From the NCBI GenBank assembly GCA_037134155.1, contig JBAXMU010000002.1, positions 23,848 through 87,847 of the forward strand: a stretch of 64,000 bases of DNA, in the 5' to 3' direction. Of this stretch, positions 28,267 through 38,179 are shown piece by piece (position 1 is the stretch's first letter; each line of letters starts with the position of its first letter). The notes beneath the pieces were generated by a model that was not told where the DNA came from, did no database searches, and was given only the letters and a program-made list of their open reading frames with translations. The stretch is from Actinomycetes bacterium. GTDB taxonomy: Bacteria > Actinomycetota > Actinomycetes > Nanopelagicales > Nanopelagicaceae. Both the position numbers and the translations under genes were made by a program.

Positions 28267-28944
28267 ATGGCCCTTCATGATCTGCTCGCACTTCTCTATC
28301 CAACATCGTGTCTGCTCTGTACAAAGGGCGATGTAACTCTCTGTCCGCAATGCGAGCCACTTTTGTGGAGTTGTACAGATGTATATCGACTTCACGGCCT
28401 AGATCTCAATTCTTCACTCCATTACAACGAAGCCTCGGCCCATCTCATCCTTGCGGCAAAGGAAGATAATGATCGAGCGGCATCACATTATTTAGCAGAG
28501 TTGATGGCGATCAGATTTAGTAGAGTCCATCGAGAACTGTGCAGGCGGTCGTACCTGCTGGTTCCGGTACCGTCATCACGAGCTGCCGATAAGCGCCGGG
28601 GTTACGAGCATATGGTGATACTTACGAAGTTGGCTGCTCGAAAAATTTCCCTGGATTACGATGTTCAATGTCGGGTAGCACCGGTGCTAGTGCCGGCGCG
28701 AAAGGTCGCAGATCAGAGTCGGTTGACCGCAGCGCAGCGGCGAGAGAATATGAGTGGGGCGCTTCGTTTAAGACCGGGCCTAACACGAGGTGATGAGGGA
28801 ATAATTCTCGTGGATGATCTGGTTACATCAGGGAGCACCATGGGTGAGGCTCTGAGAGCACTCAGGGCGGGCTCTTACGAGCCAGATGCCCTGCTCAGCG
28901 CTTGTGTGGCAGGGCGCTTTTTAGTGAATAAGATAGGGCGCTGA
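28267..28944 (+). CDS. ComF-family phosphoribosyltransferase-domain protein
   Basis: N-terminal Cys pairs (CLLC...CPQC) and PRTase motif ILVDDLVTSGST. Confidence 0.75.
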   Translation: MALHDLLALLYPTSCLLCTKGDVTLCPQCEPLLWSCTDVYRLHGLDLNSSLHYNEASAHLILAAKEDNDRAASHYLAELMAIRFSRVHRELCRRSYLLVPVPSSRAADKRRGYEHMVILTKLAARKISLDYDVQCRVAPVLVPARKVADQSRLTAAQRRENMSGALRLRPGLTRGDEGIILVDDLVTSGSTMGEALRALRAGSYEPDALLSACVAGRFLVNKIGR

Positions 28945-28978
28945 GCATTGAACACGAGTAGGCAACGGAAGAGGGATT

Positions 28979-31660
28979 GTGGCAATTCTAGATAAAATTT
29001 TGCGCGCCGGTGAAGGTCGTGCCGTCCGCAATCTCGAGAAGATCGCCGCAGATGTAAATTCCTACGAGCCAAAGATCTCAGCCCTCAGCGATGCTGACCT
29101 CCAGAATCAGACCGCGCACCTCAAGGCTCGCCTCGCTAATGGCGAGGACCTCGATGCGATCCTCCCTGAAGCTTTCGCAACTGTTCGTGAAGCTGCCAAG
29201 CGCACACTCGGACAACGCCACTACGACGTTCAACTTATGGGTGGCGCAGCACTTCACCTCGGCAATATCGCCGAAATGCGCACTGGTGAAGGAAAGACTC
29301 TCGTCTCAACTTTGCCTGCCTATCTCAATGCCCTCACCGGTAAAGGCGTTCACATCGTTACAACAAATGATTACCTCGCGGAACGCGATAGTGAGTGGAT
29401 GGGTCGTATCCATCGCTTCCTCGGATTAAAAGTTGGTGTCATTCTCTCAAACATGACTCCGGCCGAACGTCGTGAGGCATATGCGGCGGATATTACCTAC
29501 GGAACAAATAATGAATTTGGATTCGATTACCTCCGCGACAATATGGCGTGGTCAATCGATGATTGCGTACAGCGCGAACATAACTTCGCGATCGTCGATG
29601 AAGTTGACTCGATCTTGATTGATGAAGCGCGTACTCCGCTGATCATCTCTGGTCCAGCTGATAAGCCAACAAAGTGGTACGTAGAGTTTGCAAATATCGC
29701 TGAAAAACTCTCTCGCGACGTTCACTACGAGATTGATGAGAAGAAGCGCAATCTCTCGATCACTGAAGAAGGCGTAACAAAGGTTGAAGAGATCCTTGGG
29801 ATCGGCAATCTCTATATCGCCGAGAACACTCCAATGATCGGCTACCTCAATAATGCGGTCCGCGCGAAGGAGCTCTTCAAGCGCGATAAGGATTATGTAG
29901 TCATGAGCGGTGAGCTCTTGATCGTTGATGAGCACACGGGTCGTGTTCTCTCAGGCCGTCGCTACTCTGAAGGACTTCACCAAGCACTTGAAGCTAAAGA
30001 GCGGATCGAGATTAAGGATGAGAATCAGACTCTCGCCACAATCACGCTCCAGAACTACTTCCGCCTGTACGAGAAGCTCTCTGGTATGACCGGTACGGCT
30101 ATGACTGAAGCTGCTGAATTTATGCAGATCTACAGCCTTGGCGTTATCCCGATTCCTACCAATAAAGAGAGCAAGCGTATTGATCAGCCAGATTTGATCT
30201 ACAAGACCGAAGTCGGCAAGTTCATCGCACTTACTCAAGATATTGTTGAAAAGTATGGCAAGGGACAACCGGTCTTAATCGGTACCGTCTCAGTCGAAAA
30301 GTCTGAAGAACTCTCTGCCTTCTTAACAAAGAATGGTGTTCGCCACGAAGTCTTAAATGCAAAGCAGCACGAACGTGAAGCGGCAATCATCGCTCGCGCC
30401 GGTGCTAAAGGTGCAGTCACCGTTGCTACCAACATGGCTGGCCGCGGTACCGACATCATGCTCGGTGGAAACCCTGAGTTCATGGCAGATTTTGAGATCC
30501 AACGTCGCGGCATTAGCCCAGTAGATAACCCTGCAGAGTACGAAGCTGCCTGGGGACCAGAACTTGCAAAACAGAAGGAAGCGGTAAAGCGCGAGCACGA
30601 AGAGGTAACGGCCCTCGGCGGACTCTACGTTCTCGGAACCGAGCGTCATGAATCTCGTCGTATCGATAACCAGCTCCGTGGTCGGTCTGGTCGCCAAGGC
30701 GATCCAGGTGAATCACGTTTCTACCTCTCACTCCAAGATGACCTCATGCGTCGCTTTAACTCTGGCCTCGTAGAGCGCGTCATGAGCGCCTCTGGTCTTC
30801 CAGATGATCAGCCACTCGAGTCCAAGATGGTCTCGAATGCAATTCGTTCTGCACAAACTCAAGTTGAGTCACTGAACTTTGAGATGCGTAAGAATGTTTT
30901 GAAGTATGACGATGTCATGAATCGCCAACGTGAAGTTGTCTATTCAGAGCGCCGCGAAGTTCTCGAAGGTGCAGATATCTCAGAGCTCGTACAGACCTTT
31001 ATGGATGAGACCATCTCTGCCTATGTCGCTGCTGCGACTGCAAGTGGCTTCCCAGAGAACTGGGATCTCGAGCAACTCTGGCAGGCTCTGACTCTTCTCT
31101 ATCCAATCTCCTTCACTGTCGATCAGGCAGCTGCTGAAGTAGGCGGAATTGCAGGACTTGATAGCGATTTCCTCACCACCAAGATTCTCGATGATGCTCG
31201 TGCAGCATATGCAAAGCGCGAAGAGACGCTTGGCGCAGAGGTCGTTCGCGAACTCGAGCGCAAGGTCTTGCTCTCAGTCTTAGATCGTAAGTGGCGCGAG
31301 CACCTCTACGAGATGGATTATCTCCAAGAGGGAATTGGCCTTCGTGCGATGGCGCAGCGTGATCCGCTCGTTGAGTACCAGAAGGAAGGGTACGAACTCT
31401 TCTCGGCCATGATGGATGGAATTAAGGAAGAGCTTGTCTCATTGCTCTTCAATGTTGAAGTCGAAGTGACTCAGAATGAGAGCAACGTCGAAGTCTCTCC
31501 AAAGGGAATCGGCGCACCTGAAAAACAAGAAGTTCCAAACTTGATCTATAGCGCCGCCGATGAAAGTGGCGAAGCTCAGAGTTCAGGTGGCGCTTCCCGC
31601 AATGGACCATGTCCGTGTGGATCAGGTAAGAAGTACAAGCGCTGCCACGGCGCCGCTTAA
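28979..31660 (+). CDS. secA: preprotein translocase ATPase SecA
   Basis: GTG start. MRTGEGKTL Walker [21 protein letters not shown]-terminal zinc finger [14 protein letters not shown]. Confidence 0.95.
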   Translation: MAILDKILRAGEGRAVRNLEKIAADVNSYEPKISALSDADLQNQTAHLKARLANGEDLDAILPEAFATVREAAKRTLGQRHYDVQLMGGAALHLGNIAEMRTGEGKTLVSTLPAYLNALTGKGVHIVTTNDYLAERDSEWMGRIHRFLGLKVGVILSNMTPAERREAYAADITYGTNNEFGFDYLRDNMAWSIDDCVQREHNFAIVDEVDSILIDEARTPLIISGPADKPTKWYVEFANIAEKLSRDVHYEIDEKKRNLSITEEGVTKVEEILGIGNLYIAENTPMIGYLNNAVRAKELFKRDKDYVVMSGELLIVDEHTGRVLSGRRYSEGLHQALEAKERIEIKDENQTLATITLQNYFRLYEKLSGMTGTAMTEAAEFMQIYSLGVIPIPTNKESKRIDQPDLIYKTEVGKFIALTQDIVEKYGKGQPVLIGTVSVEKSEELSAFLTKNGVRHEVLNAKQHEREAAIIARAGAKGAVTVATNMAGRGTDIMLGGNPEFMADFEIQRRGISPVDNPAEYEAAWGPELAKQKEAVKREHEEVTALGGLYVLGTERHESRRIDNQLRGRSGRQGDPGESRFYLSLQDDLMRRFNSGLVERVMSASGLPDDQPLESKMVSNAIRSAQTQVESLNFEMRKNVLKYDDVMNRQREVVYSERREVLEGADISELVQTFMDETISAYVAAATASGFPENWDLEQLWQALTLLYPISFTVDQAAAEVGGIAGLDSDFLTTKILDDARAAYAKREETLGAEVVRELERKVLLSVLDRKWREHLYEMDYLQEGIGLRAMAQRDPLVEYQKEGYELFSAMMDGIKEELVSLLFNVEVEVTQNESNVEVSPKGIGAPEKQEVPNLIYSAADESGEAQSSGGASRNGPCPCGSGKKYKRCHGAA

Positions 31661-31676
31661 GACTTTTACTAGCCTC

Positions 31677-32237
31677 TTACAACTTCACTAACTCGGTACA
31701 GAGCCAACGCTCGTTCACGCCTTCAAAGCGCAGGACGAGTGAGCGTACGCGTTCGTCGTATCGCAAAGTGACTGTTACTTCTCCAACGCCTTCAATCGGT
31801 TCAGAGATATAAATGTTTCGAATCTTGGGAAGAGCTGCACCGCGAACTATCGCGCTGGTTACTGCTTCAAATGTCCTTGGGTGAGTCCATCGTGCTAACT
31901 GCATCGCCGCTCTCTTGCCGGACCAAATCTCAAGCAAGCTCACCACATAACGCGATACCCATTGTTCAAGATTAGGAAGATCTTTGAGTGCCGTTGGCTT
32001 GGGCTGGATATCGGGCTCTACATCCTCGCCATCAAATGTCACTGGAGTGGGTACGAGATAGAGCTTTGATGAGAGTGGCTTTACTGGTGAGGTTGTGGTG
32101 AGAGCTGGGTCGTATCCAAAGAGTGGCAATCCGGGATGATCGAGACCATTTAAGGGACCAGCAAAGTCGAAGTGAAGTTTCTTAGGAAGCCGTGGTGATT
32201 GAAGGATTTCTGCGTTATTTGTCTGTGAAGTAGTCAT
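31677..32237 (-). CDS. Rv3235-like (DUF6459-type) hypothetical protein
   Basis: LLEIWSGKRAAMQLARW....F and a C-terminal RWLCTEL pattern, downstream of secA as in other actinobacteria. Start chosen at the internal ATG (MTTSQ...). The ORF-track start at 32354 would overlap the divergent gene. Confidence 0.5.
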   Translation of the reverse strand: MTTSQTNNAEILQSPRLPKKLHFDFAGPLNGLDHPGLPLFGYDPALTTTSPVKPLSSKLYLVPTPVTFDGEDVEPDIQPKPTALKDLPNLEQWVSRYVVSLLEIWSGKRAAMQLARWTHPRTFEAVTSAIVRGAALPKIRNIYISEPIEGVGEVTVTLRYDERVRSLVLRFEGVNERWLCTELVKL

Positions 32238-32321
32238 GAGCGCAGAGTCGTGGAATCGAGAAATCCACACCTCATACCTTCGGATGATCTTTGCGGCGCA
32301 GGCTACGGCTTTGATCCACCC

Positions 32322-32915
32322 ATGTTTGAACTCCCACACTTCTTCGCCCAGCACTCGAAGCGAATCATCGCCATCGGTGCCATCGCCCTCTCACTTGTAG
32401 GGGTTATCGGCCTTACTTCAGCGACTCACACTTCTGTACCCATATGGGCTGCGACCCACGAACTTGCTCCTGGCTCAGTGATCGGCGCTAGCGATATCAC
32501 TCGCATAGAGGCGACTCTTGGCAGCGCTGCCACAAAGTACTACTCAGGGAGTACGCGGTTAATGGGAAATGTTGTGACTAGGCCAGTAGGCGCCAATGAA
32601 TTCATCCCACAGATTGCTCTCGCTCAGGCTGGGGCTGCGACAGATATGCGCCAATTACCAATGGGCATAGCGAAGAGTGATCTACCAGCTGACCTTGGCG
32701 TGGGGGATCGGGTGGATCTCTACGGTATTCCTAAAGATGCCGGTAGCGCACCTTCGATTGTTGTATCCGATATCAGAGTGCAGAGCGTTGATAATAAATC
32801 TCGAGACTTGGGCGGCGCTGTGACAGTGCTCTTCCTGCTGCATCAACGAGATCTCTTATCGATCATGGATGCACTTTCCGCCGGAAGAATTGTGGTGGTT
32901 CGCCATGCGCTCTGA
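32322..32915 (+). CDS. SAF-domain protein (CpaB-like) with an N-terminal TM anchor
   Basis: TM anchor (IIAIGAIALSLVGVIGL), then a SAF-like segment (L.PGSVIGASDI...V.RPVGANEFI). Start taken at ATG 32322. Confidence 0.5.
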   Translation: MFELPHFFAQHSKRIIAIGAIALSLVGVIGLTSATHTSVPIWAATHELAPGSVIGASDITRIEATLGSAATKYYSGSTRLMGNVVTRPVGANEFIPQIALAQAGAATDMRQLPMGIAKSDLPADLGVGDRVDLYGIPKDAGSAPSIVVSDIRVQSVDNKSRDLGGAVTVLFLLHQRDLLSIMDALSAGRIVVVRHAL

Positions 32916-33933
32916 GATTCCACAAATTGAAGTAATCACTGCAATTGCAGATGCTGATTTTGAAGACTTTGTTGCACAGCTGCTCTTCTCGCAAGGCTGG
33001 TCGATCATTCATCGCGCCTTTGATGCCGAGTCCATGCTCGACTTTCTGAAGAGTCGTTCTGGACTTCGCACCGTTATTATCTTTAAGGCAGATCTGCCTG
33101 GCATGAGTTCTCAACTATTGATGGATTACCCCGATGAGCCTTTTACCTTCATCTCACTCGATGGGTCAGAACCGGCAGCGCATGCCATCATGCAGAAGAT
33201 CAGATCGCAACTTCGACTTCCACTTGTGCAGAGCCCTAAGCAAGTAGTTGCACAATCAGTTGAACGATTTAAGCAGGTTGCACAACCACGAGTCTTTACA
33301 ATTACTGGAAGCGCCGGAGCTCCTGGTCGAACAACTCTGGCGATTGCATTAGCGCAGTCGATGCAGGAAGAAGGGCTCGGAAGAGTGGCGATGGTCGATG
33401 CTGACTTTCGTTCACCGGCTCTGACTCGCAGGGTTTCGAGCCCTCGTTTAGATAAGAAGGGGAGCGCCCCGCTCGCATTGATTCCATTAGATCCAGTCAG
33501 TAAGCCAACAGCAATGCCAGAGCTATCGCCGGATCAGCGAGTGATTGTCGATCTTGGTCTGCTGCCATCATTAGGGGAAGCAGTTCACGATCGAAGGTGG
33601 CAGGGCACCTTGATTAGCTCGATCCTTGAGGCCACGACTCATCTGCTTTACGTGGTGCGATCAACCCAGGAGAGTTTGGATGAGCTCGCCCACTTCCTCA
33701 AAGAGTTCCCACTCCTGCTTCGCAAGATCCCGATCACTTACATCTGCATCCTGGTTGGCACTTCGAGGGAATTACGTGAATCAGAGGCGCGCTTTCTTAC
33801 GCTTACCACAGCCGAGAACCGCTTCCTCTTCCGTGAGAGCTCACTTCGTAACGGGTCTGGGATCTTAGGAGGTCTGGGCACCCCTAAACCAGGTAAGGGC
33901 GAGATTGGTAAGATCGCGCAATCGTTACGCTGA
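32905..33933 (+). CDS. ParA/MinD-superfamily protein, TadZ/CpaE/Ssd-like, with an N-terminal receiver-like domain and a degenerate P-loop
   Basis: VFTITGSAGAPGRTTLAIALA, then VAMVDADFRSPAL. The ATG overlaps the upstream gene by 11 nt. Confidence 0.6.
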   Translation: MRSEIPQIEVITAIADADFEDFVAQLLFSQGWSIIHRAFDAESMLDFLKSRSGLRTVIIFKADLPGMSSQLLMDYPDEPFTFISLDGSEPAAHAIMQKIRSQLRLPLVQSPKQVVAQSVERFKQVAQPRVFTITGSAGAPGRTTLAIALAQSMQEEGLGRVAMVDADFRSPALTRRVSSPRLDKKGSAPLALIPLDPVSKPTAMPELSPDQRVIVDLGLLPSLGEAVHDRRWQGTLISSILEATTHLLYVVRSTQESLDELAHFLKEFPLLLRKIPITYICILVGTSRELRESEARFLTLTTAENRFLFRESSLRNGSGILGGLGTPKPGKGEIGKIAQSLR

Positions 33934-33937
33934 TCAA

Positions 33938-35428
33938 ATGAGCAGAAAGTCGAGTCTCCCTGTGACATCACGGTATGCCATTGAATCAACAGCGTTGAGC
34001 GCTGCGGATCAAGAGCGCATCAGTGAGTTGATCGCAGAATGGCAATTACTCTCAGACCTTTCCTTTGCTGATCTCATTCTCTGGGTTCCAAAGCGTAAGG
34101 ATTATCAGAGTTGGCCTACCGGCCATATCGCTATTGCACACACACGCCCCACCACTGCAGCGACTGTCTTCGCGCAAGATCTCATTGGTCGAGAGATTGC
34201 GTGGGGAGATAACTCACGCATTGATCAGGCACTCTCGCAGGGTGAGATCATTCGCGATACCGAACCAGAGCAGATCGGTGAGTTACTGATTAAAGAAGAG
34301 ACCGTTCCGGTGCTCTTCAATGGCCATGTGATTGCCGTGATCTCTCGCCATCGCGACGCAGTACAGATGCGATCGAAGTCGAGATTAGAGATTAACTATC
34401 GCGAAATCGCGCACAAGGTTTATCGGATGGTCTCTGAGAGCACCTTCCCACTTGCTGGAAATGTCTACCGAAGCGAATCCGCACCACGTGTAGGTGATGG
34501 ATTAATCCGCTTAGATAGCAATGGCATGGTGATGTATGCCAGCCCAAACGCGCGCTCGGCAGTAAGTCGCGCTGGTTGGGCCGGAGAGATCGAGAACCAG
34601 AGTCTGGGCGATATCTTCGCCAAGATCGATAATGGATCTGTCCCGACCGATGAACCATGGTCGCTTGTTGTCAGCGGTAAAGAGCTACGCCGAGATGACT
34701 TTGATAACGGTCGTGCAGTCCTCGACCTTCTCGTTATTCCATTGATCGAAGGCGCTGATCGCATTGGCGCAATCGTCTTGCTTCACGATGTGACCGAACT
34801 TCGCCGCCAGGATAAGGCGCTCATTACCAAGGATGCGACGATTCGCGAGATCCACCACCGCGTGAAGAACAACCTTCAGACCGTATCGGCACTACTTCGA
34901 CTGCAATCACGCCGGGTCGAAGACCCAGTTGCTTCAGCGGCCCTTGCCGAAGCAGTTCGCCGCGTTGCCTCTATTGCGATTGTGCACGAGACGCTCTCGG
35001 GTACATCAGCTGAAGTTGTGCTCTTTGATGAGGTCTATGACCGGATCGTCCATAATGCGATCGAACTGAGCTCACGCCCAATCACTCTCTCTAAGAGCGG
35101 TGAATTCGGAAACTTTGATTCAAAGATCGCAACCCCGCTCGCACTCGTAATCACCGAGTTGATCCACAACTCACTCGAACACGGTCTCGATACATCGGGT
35201 GATTCACTCGCCGTTGATGTCTCTCATACCGACTCTGAGTGCATCGTGATTGTCAGTGATAACGGCGTTGGGCTTCCGGCCGGCTTTGATATCGAGAGCT
35301 CTTCAAACCTTGGTCTTCAGATTGTTCGAACCCTCACCGAGAATGAGTTAAAGGGAACGATCAAACTCACTCGAGTGAACGATTCGACGCAAGCGATCTT
35401 AAGTTTCCCCGTCGGAAAGGTGAATTAA
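33938..35428 (+). CDS. pdtaS: PdtaS-type cytoplasmic sensor histidine kinase (GAF/PAS N-terminus, HisKA_2-type H-box)
   Basis: H-box EIHHRVKNNLQTVSALLRLQSRR, ATPase boxes ELIHNSLEHG and DNGVGLP. No TM segments. The start lies 4 nt after the upstream stop. Confidence 0.75.
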   Translation: MSRKSSLPVTSRYAIESTALSAADQERISELIAEWQLLSDLSFADLILWVPKRKDYQSWPTGHIAIAHTRPTTAATVFAQDLIGREIAWGDNSRIDQALSQGEIIRDTEPEQIGELLIKEETVPVLFNGHVIAVISRHRDAVQMRSKSRLEINYREIAHKVYRMVSESTFPLAGNVYRSESAPRVGDGLIRLDSNGMVMYASPNARSAVSRAGWAGEIENQSLGDIFAKIDNGSVPTDEPWSLVVSGKELRRDDFDNGRAVLDLLVIPLIEGADRIGAIVLLHDVTELRRQDKALITKDATIREIHHRVKNNLQTVSALLRLQSRRVEDPVASAALAEAVRRVASIAIVHETLSGTSAEVVLFDEVYDRIVHNAIELSSRPITLSKSGEFGNFDSKIATPLALVITELIHNSLEHGLDTSGDSLAVDVSHTDSECIVIVSDNGVGLPAGFDIESSSNLGLQIVRTLTENELKGTIKLTRVNDSTQAILSFPVGKVN

Positions 35429-35430
35429 CC

Positions 35431-36123
35431 ATGGCAGGTAACCACATCAAGTTCTCTGCCGATGGCAAGAGTGGTTCGGGATACATCGCCATTCCGGAGT
35501 CCGGGACCGGGCCAGCAGTGATCGTCATCCAAGAGTGGTGGGGTTTAGTAGGACATATCACCGATATCGTCGATCGATTCGCTGCAGCAGGTTTTGTCGC
35601 GCTCGCACCAGATCTCTATCACGGTCAAGCTGCTTCGGAACCAGATGAAGCGAAGAAGTTGATGATGGAGCTCCAGCTCAATATGGCGGGGGATGAGATC
35701 GTTACAGCCGCGAAGTACCTACTCTCGATGAAGAACACAACATCGACTCACGTGGGCGCCGTTGGCTTCTGCATGGGCGGATCACTCGCAATCTGGTCAG
35801 CGACGCTCTCTGACCTCATCAGCGCAACCGTTGGCTTCTACCCGGGATCTTCATGGGAACGCCATGCACCGGTCTGGAGCGCCTATCAAGGTAAAGAGAG
35901 TCTCATTCACTGCGCTGAAGGCGATGGCACATCTGCCGCTCCTGGCATTCAAGAAGCTGTGACCTCGATCAATGGCGCTGGTGGCAAGGCGATCGCCTAC
36001 GACTACGCCGGAACAAAGCACGCCTTCTTCAATAACGATCGCCCCGAAGTATTTGATGAAGCTGCAGCAAAGCTTGCTTGGGCTCGCACGATTAACTTCT
36101 TTGCAATCAAACTTGCTCAGTAA
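35431..36123 (+). CDS. dienelactone hydrolase family protein
   Basis: AVIVIQEWWGL, nucleophile elbow GFCMGG, C-terminal H in GTKHAFF. Confidence 0.8.
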   Translation: MAGNHIKFSADGKSGSGYIAIPESGTGPAVIVIQEWWGLVGHITDIVDRFAAAGFVALAPDLYHGQAASEPDEAKKLMMELQLNMAGDEIVTAAKYLLSMKNTTSTHVGAVGFCMGGSLAIWSATLSDLISATVGFYPGSSWERHAPVWSAYQGKESLIHCAEGDGTSAAPGIQEAVTSINGAGGKAIAYDYAGTKHAFFNNDRPEVFDEAAAKLAWARTINFFAIKLAQ

Positions 36124-36179
36124 TACTTCTGCAACGAGTTCGCAGCTGCATCTACTTTAACTTCTGCAAGAAGTTCGCA
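36095..36179 (+). repeat. three degenerate direct copies of an ACTTCT(T)TGCAA..(A)GTT(C)GC motif, spanning the end of the hydrolase gene and the cysK upstream region
   Basis: Copies start at 36095, 36125 and 36160. Copies 2 and 3 share ACTTCTGCAA-NN-AGTTCGCA exactly. Confidence 0.5.
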
Positions 36180-36194
36180 ACTCGCTATTTATGA

Positions 36195-36208
36195 AGTAGA
36201 TATCTACT
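36195..36208. promoter_or_regulatory. perfect 14-bp palindrome AGTAGATATCTACT, 8 nt upstream of the cysK ATG (candidate operator)
   Basis: Verified self-complementary by hand. It occupies the position where a Shine-Dalgarno would be expected, and no obvious one is present. Confidence 0.4.
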
Positions 36209-36216
36209 CTAACGCC

Positions 36217-37149
36217 ATGACTCTTTATTCCAATATCACCGAAGCAGTTGGCAATACTCCACTTGTAAAGATCAATCGCATCACTGACGGTGCGAAGGCA
36301 GAAGTATTTGCCAAACTTGAATTTTATAATCCAACAAGCACAGTGAAAGATCGCATCGGTATTGCGATGGTAGATGCCGCCGAGAAGAGCGGTCAGCTAA
36401 AGCCAGGTGGCACAATTATTGAAGCAACCTCCGGCAATACCGGTATTGCACTCGCAATGGTCGGTGCAGCTCGCGGCTACAAAGTCATTCTTACAATGCC
36501 TGAATCAATGTCAAAAGAGCGTCGCGCACTACTTCGTGCATTTGGTGCCGTGCTTGTTCTGACTCCAGCTGCAGAAGGTATGAATGGCGCAGTTTCGAAG
36601 GCGGAAGAGCTCGGTAAAGAGCCAGGAGCAGTACTTGTTCGTCAATTCGCAAATGAAGCGAACCCAGCAATCCACCGTGCAACAACGGCAGAAGAGATCT
36701 GGCGCGATACTTATGGCAAGGTAGATATCTTTATTGCTGGTATCGGAACTGGCGGAACTATTAGTGGTGTTGGTAATCGCCTCAAGGAACTCAATCCAAA
36801 TATCCAGATCATTGCCGTAGAGCCAGAAGCTTCACCAATTCTTAATGGTGGAAAGCCTGGTCCGCACCCAATTCAGGGTATTGGGGCGAACTTCATTCCA
36901 GAGATTCTCGACCGCAGTGTCTATAACGAGGTCCTTGATGCGCCAACAGATCTCACTCTTAAGTTTGCTCGCCGTGCCGCTCAAGAAGAGGGAATCCTTG
37001 CCGGAATCTCTTCTGGTGCTGCGTTGTGGGCTGCTCACACTGTTGCGAACCGCCCAGAGAATGCCGGGAAGAAGATCGTTGTACTCCTTGCATCATTTGG
37101 TGAGCGTTACCTATCGACAGTGCTGTATTCCGATTTAATGGATGCCTAA
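36217..37149 (+). CDS. cysK: cysteine synthase A (O-acetylserine sulfhydrylase)
   Basis: NPT.SVKDR PLP-lysine motif, [20 protein letters not shown]. Confidence 0.9.
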   Translation: MTLYSNITEAVGNTPLVKINRITDGAKAEVFAKLEFYNPTSTVKDRIGIAMVDAAEKSGQLKPGGTIIEATSGNTGIALAMVGAARGYKVILTMPESMSKERRALLRAFGAVLVLTPAAEGMNGAVSKAEELGKEPGAVLVRQFANEANPAIHRATTAEEIWRDTYGKVDIFIAGIGTGGTISGVGNRLKELNPNIQIIAVEPEASPILNGGKPGPHPIQGIGANFIPEILDRSVYNEVLDAPTDLTLKFARRAAQEEGILAGISSGAALWAAHTVANRPENAGKKIVVLLASFGERYLSTVLYSDLMDA

Positions 37150-37155
37150 ATCGCC

Positions 37156-37653
37156 ATGGCCTTCCACTTCAAAGAAGATTTGGATAATGCGCTCAAGCGA
37201 GATCCGGCTGCCCGCAGTCGATTAGAAGTCTTCCTGGTGTATCCAGGTGTTCATGCCGTCTGGGGTTATCGCTGGGCAAATTTCTTATGGCGACACAAGT
37301 TGAAGCTCGCTGCCAGAGTTCACATGGCATGGGTTCGATCAGTGACTGGTATTGAGATTCACCCGGCGGCGACCATTGGTCGACGATTCTTTATCGATCA
37401 CGGAATGGGCGTTGTGATTGGTGAGACTTCAATTATTGGCGATGATGTCTTGATGTATCACGATGTAACCCTGGGGGCTCGCGAGTTCTCGCATGGCAAG
37501 CGCCACCCGACTATTGGCAATCGCGTGATTCTTGGCGCTGGCGCCCGCATTATTGGAGATATCAAGGTCCATGACGACGCTGCGGTGCCGACAAATGCAA
37601 CGATTGTTAAAGATTTGGCTGCAAAAACTAAGGCGAACTACTACTCTATTTAA
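37156..37653 (+). CDS. cysE: serine O-acetyltransferase (short form)
   Basis: DPAARS..EV.L.YPG.HA N-terminus and hexapeptide repeats (IHPAATIG..FFIDHGMGVVIGET). Confidence 0.85.
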   Translation: MAFHFKEDLDNALKRDPAARSRLEVFLVYPGVHAVWGYRWANFLWRHKLKLAARVHMAWVRSVTGIEIHPAATIGRRFFIDHGMGVVIGETSIIGDDVLMYHDVTLGAREFSHGKRHPTIGNRVILGAGARIIGDIKVHDDAAVPTNATIVKDLAAKTKANYYSI

Positions 37654-37752
37654 ATGCGCGCCTTACTCATCTTGGTCTTAACCCTTGGCTCCCTCGTCTT
37701 AATGCTTGTGCTTGCCAAGGGAGCGAGTTCGTATCGCCCTAAAAAGAAGTAG
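37654..37752 (+). CDS. candidate 32-aa single-TM micropeptide (MRALLILVLTLGSLVLMLVLAKGASSYRPKKK)
   Basis: The ATG abuts the cysE TAA (TAAATG). Hydrophobic helix followed by a basic tail. Below the ORF-track length cutoff. No homology evidence. Confidence 0.25.
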   Translation: MRALLILVLTLGSLVLMLVLAKGASSYRPKKK

Positions 37753-37762
37753 TTACTCTCGT

Positions 37763-38125
37763 TTACTTCCAGGAGCTAGCGATAGCGAGATTAAAGATTG
37801 AGAGACCAACCATCGCAAACCAGATCTGCGCACTGATTGTTGGCTTCTTCGCATAGCGAAGTGCTAGACCCACAATGACTGTAAGAACCACGAACTTCAC
37901 GCCGTACTTGGTGTGATTGAGAAGTTCGACTGTCTTATCGCTGTTGTGGCGAACCGCGTTGATGACGATCATCGCAATACCGAGGACCATCGCAGTAAGA
38001 CCCGCGTGGGTTACTCCCTTAGGAACCTTCTTCTCAGCCTTAGTGAGTTGTGTAAGAAGTAGGCCGATCATGGCAAGAACTGTGAGGACGTGAATTCCAA
38101 CGAGTGCTGAGTAGAGAGTTTTCAT
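37763..38125 (-). CDS. hypothetical integral membrane protein (4 TM)
   Basis: 120 aa with four hydrophobic segments. No recognisable family. Confidence 0.55.
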   Translation of the reverse strand: MKTLYSALVGIHVLTVLAMIGLLLTQLTKAEKKVPKGVTHAGLTAMVLGIAMIVINAVRHNSDKTVELLNHTKYGVKFVVLTVIVGLALRYAKKPTISAQIWFAMVGLSIFNLAIASSWK

Positions 38126-38179
38126 AACACTAAGGATAGCGAGGCAACTGCGAAAACCGTGCGACTTGAGGAGAAGTAA

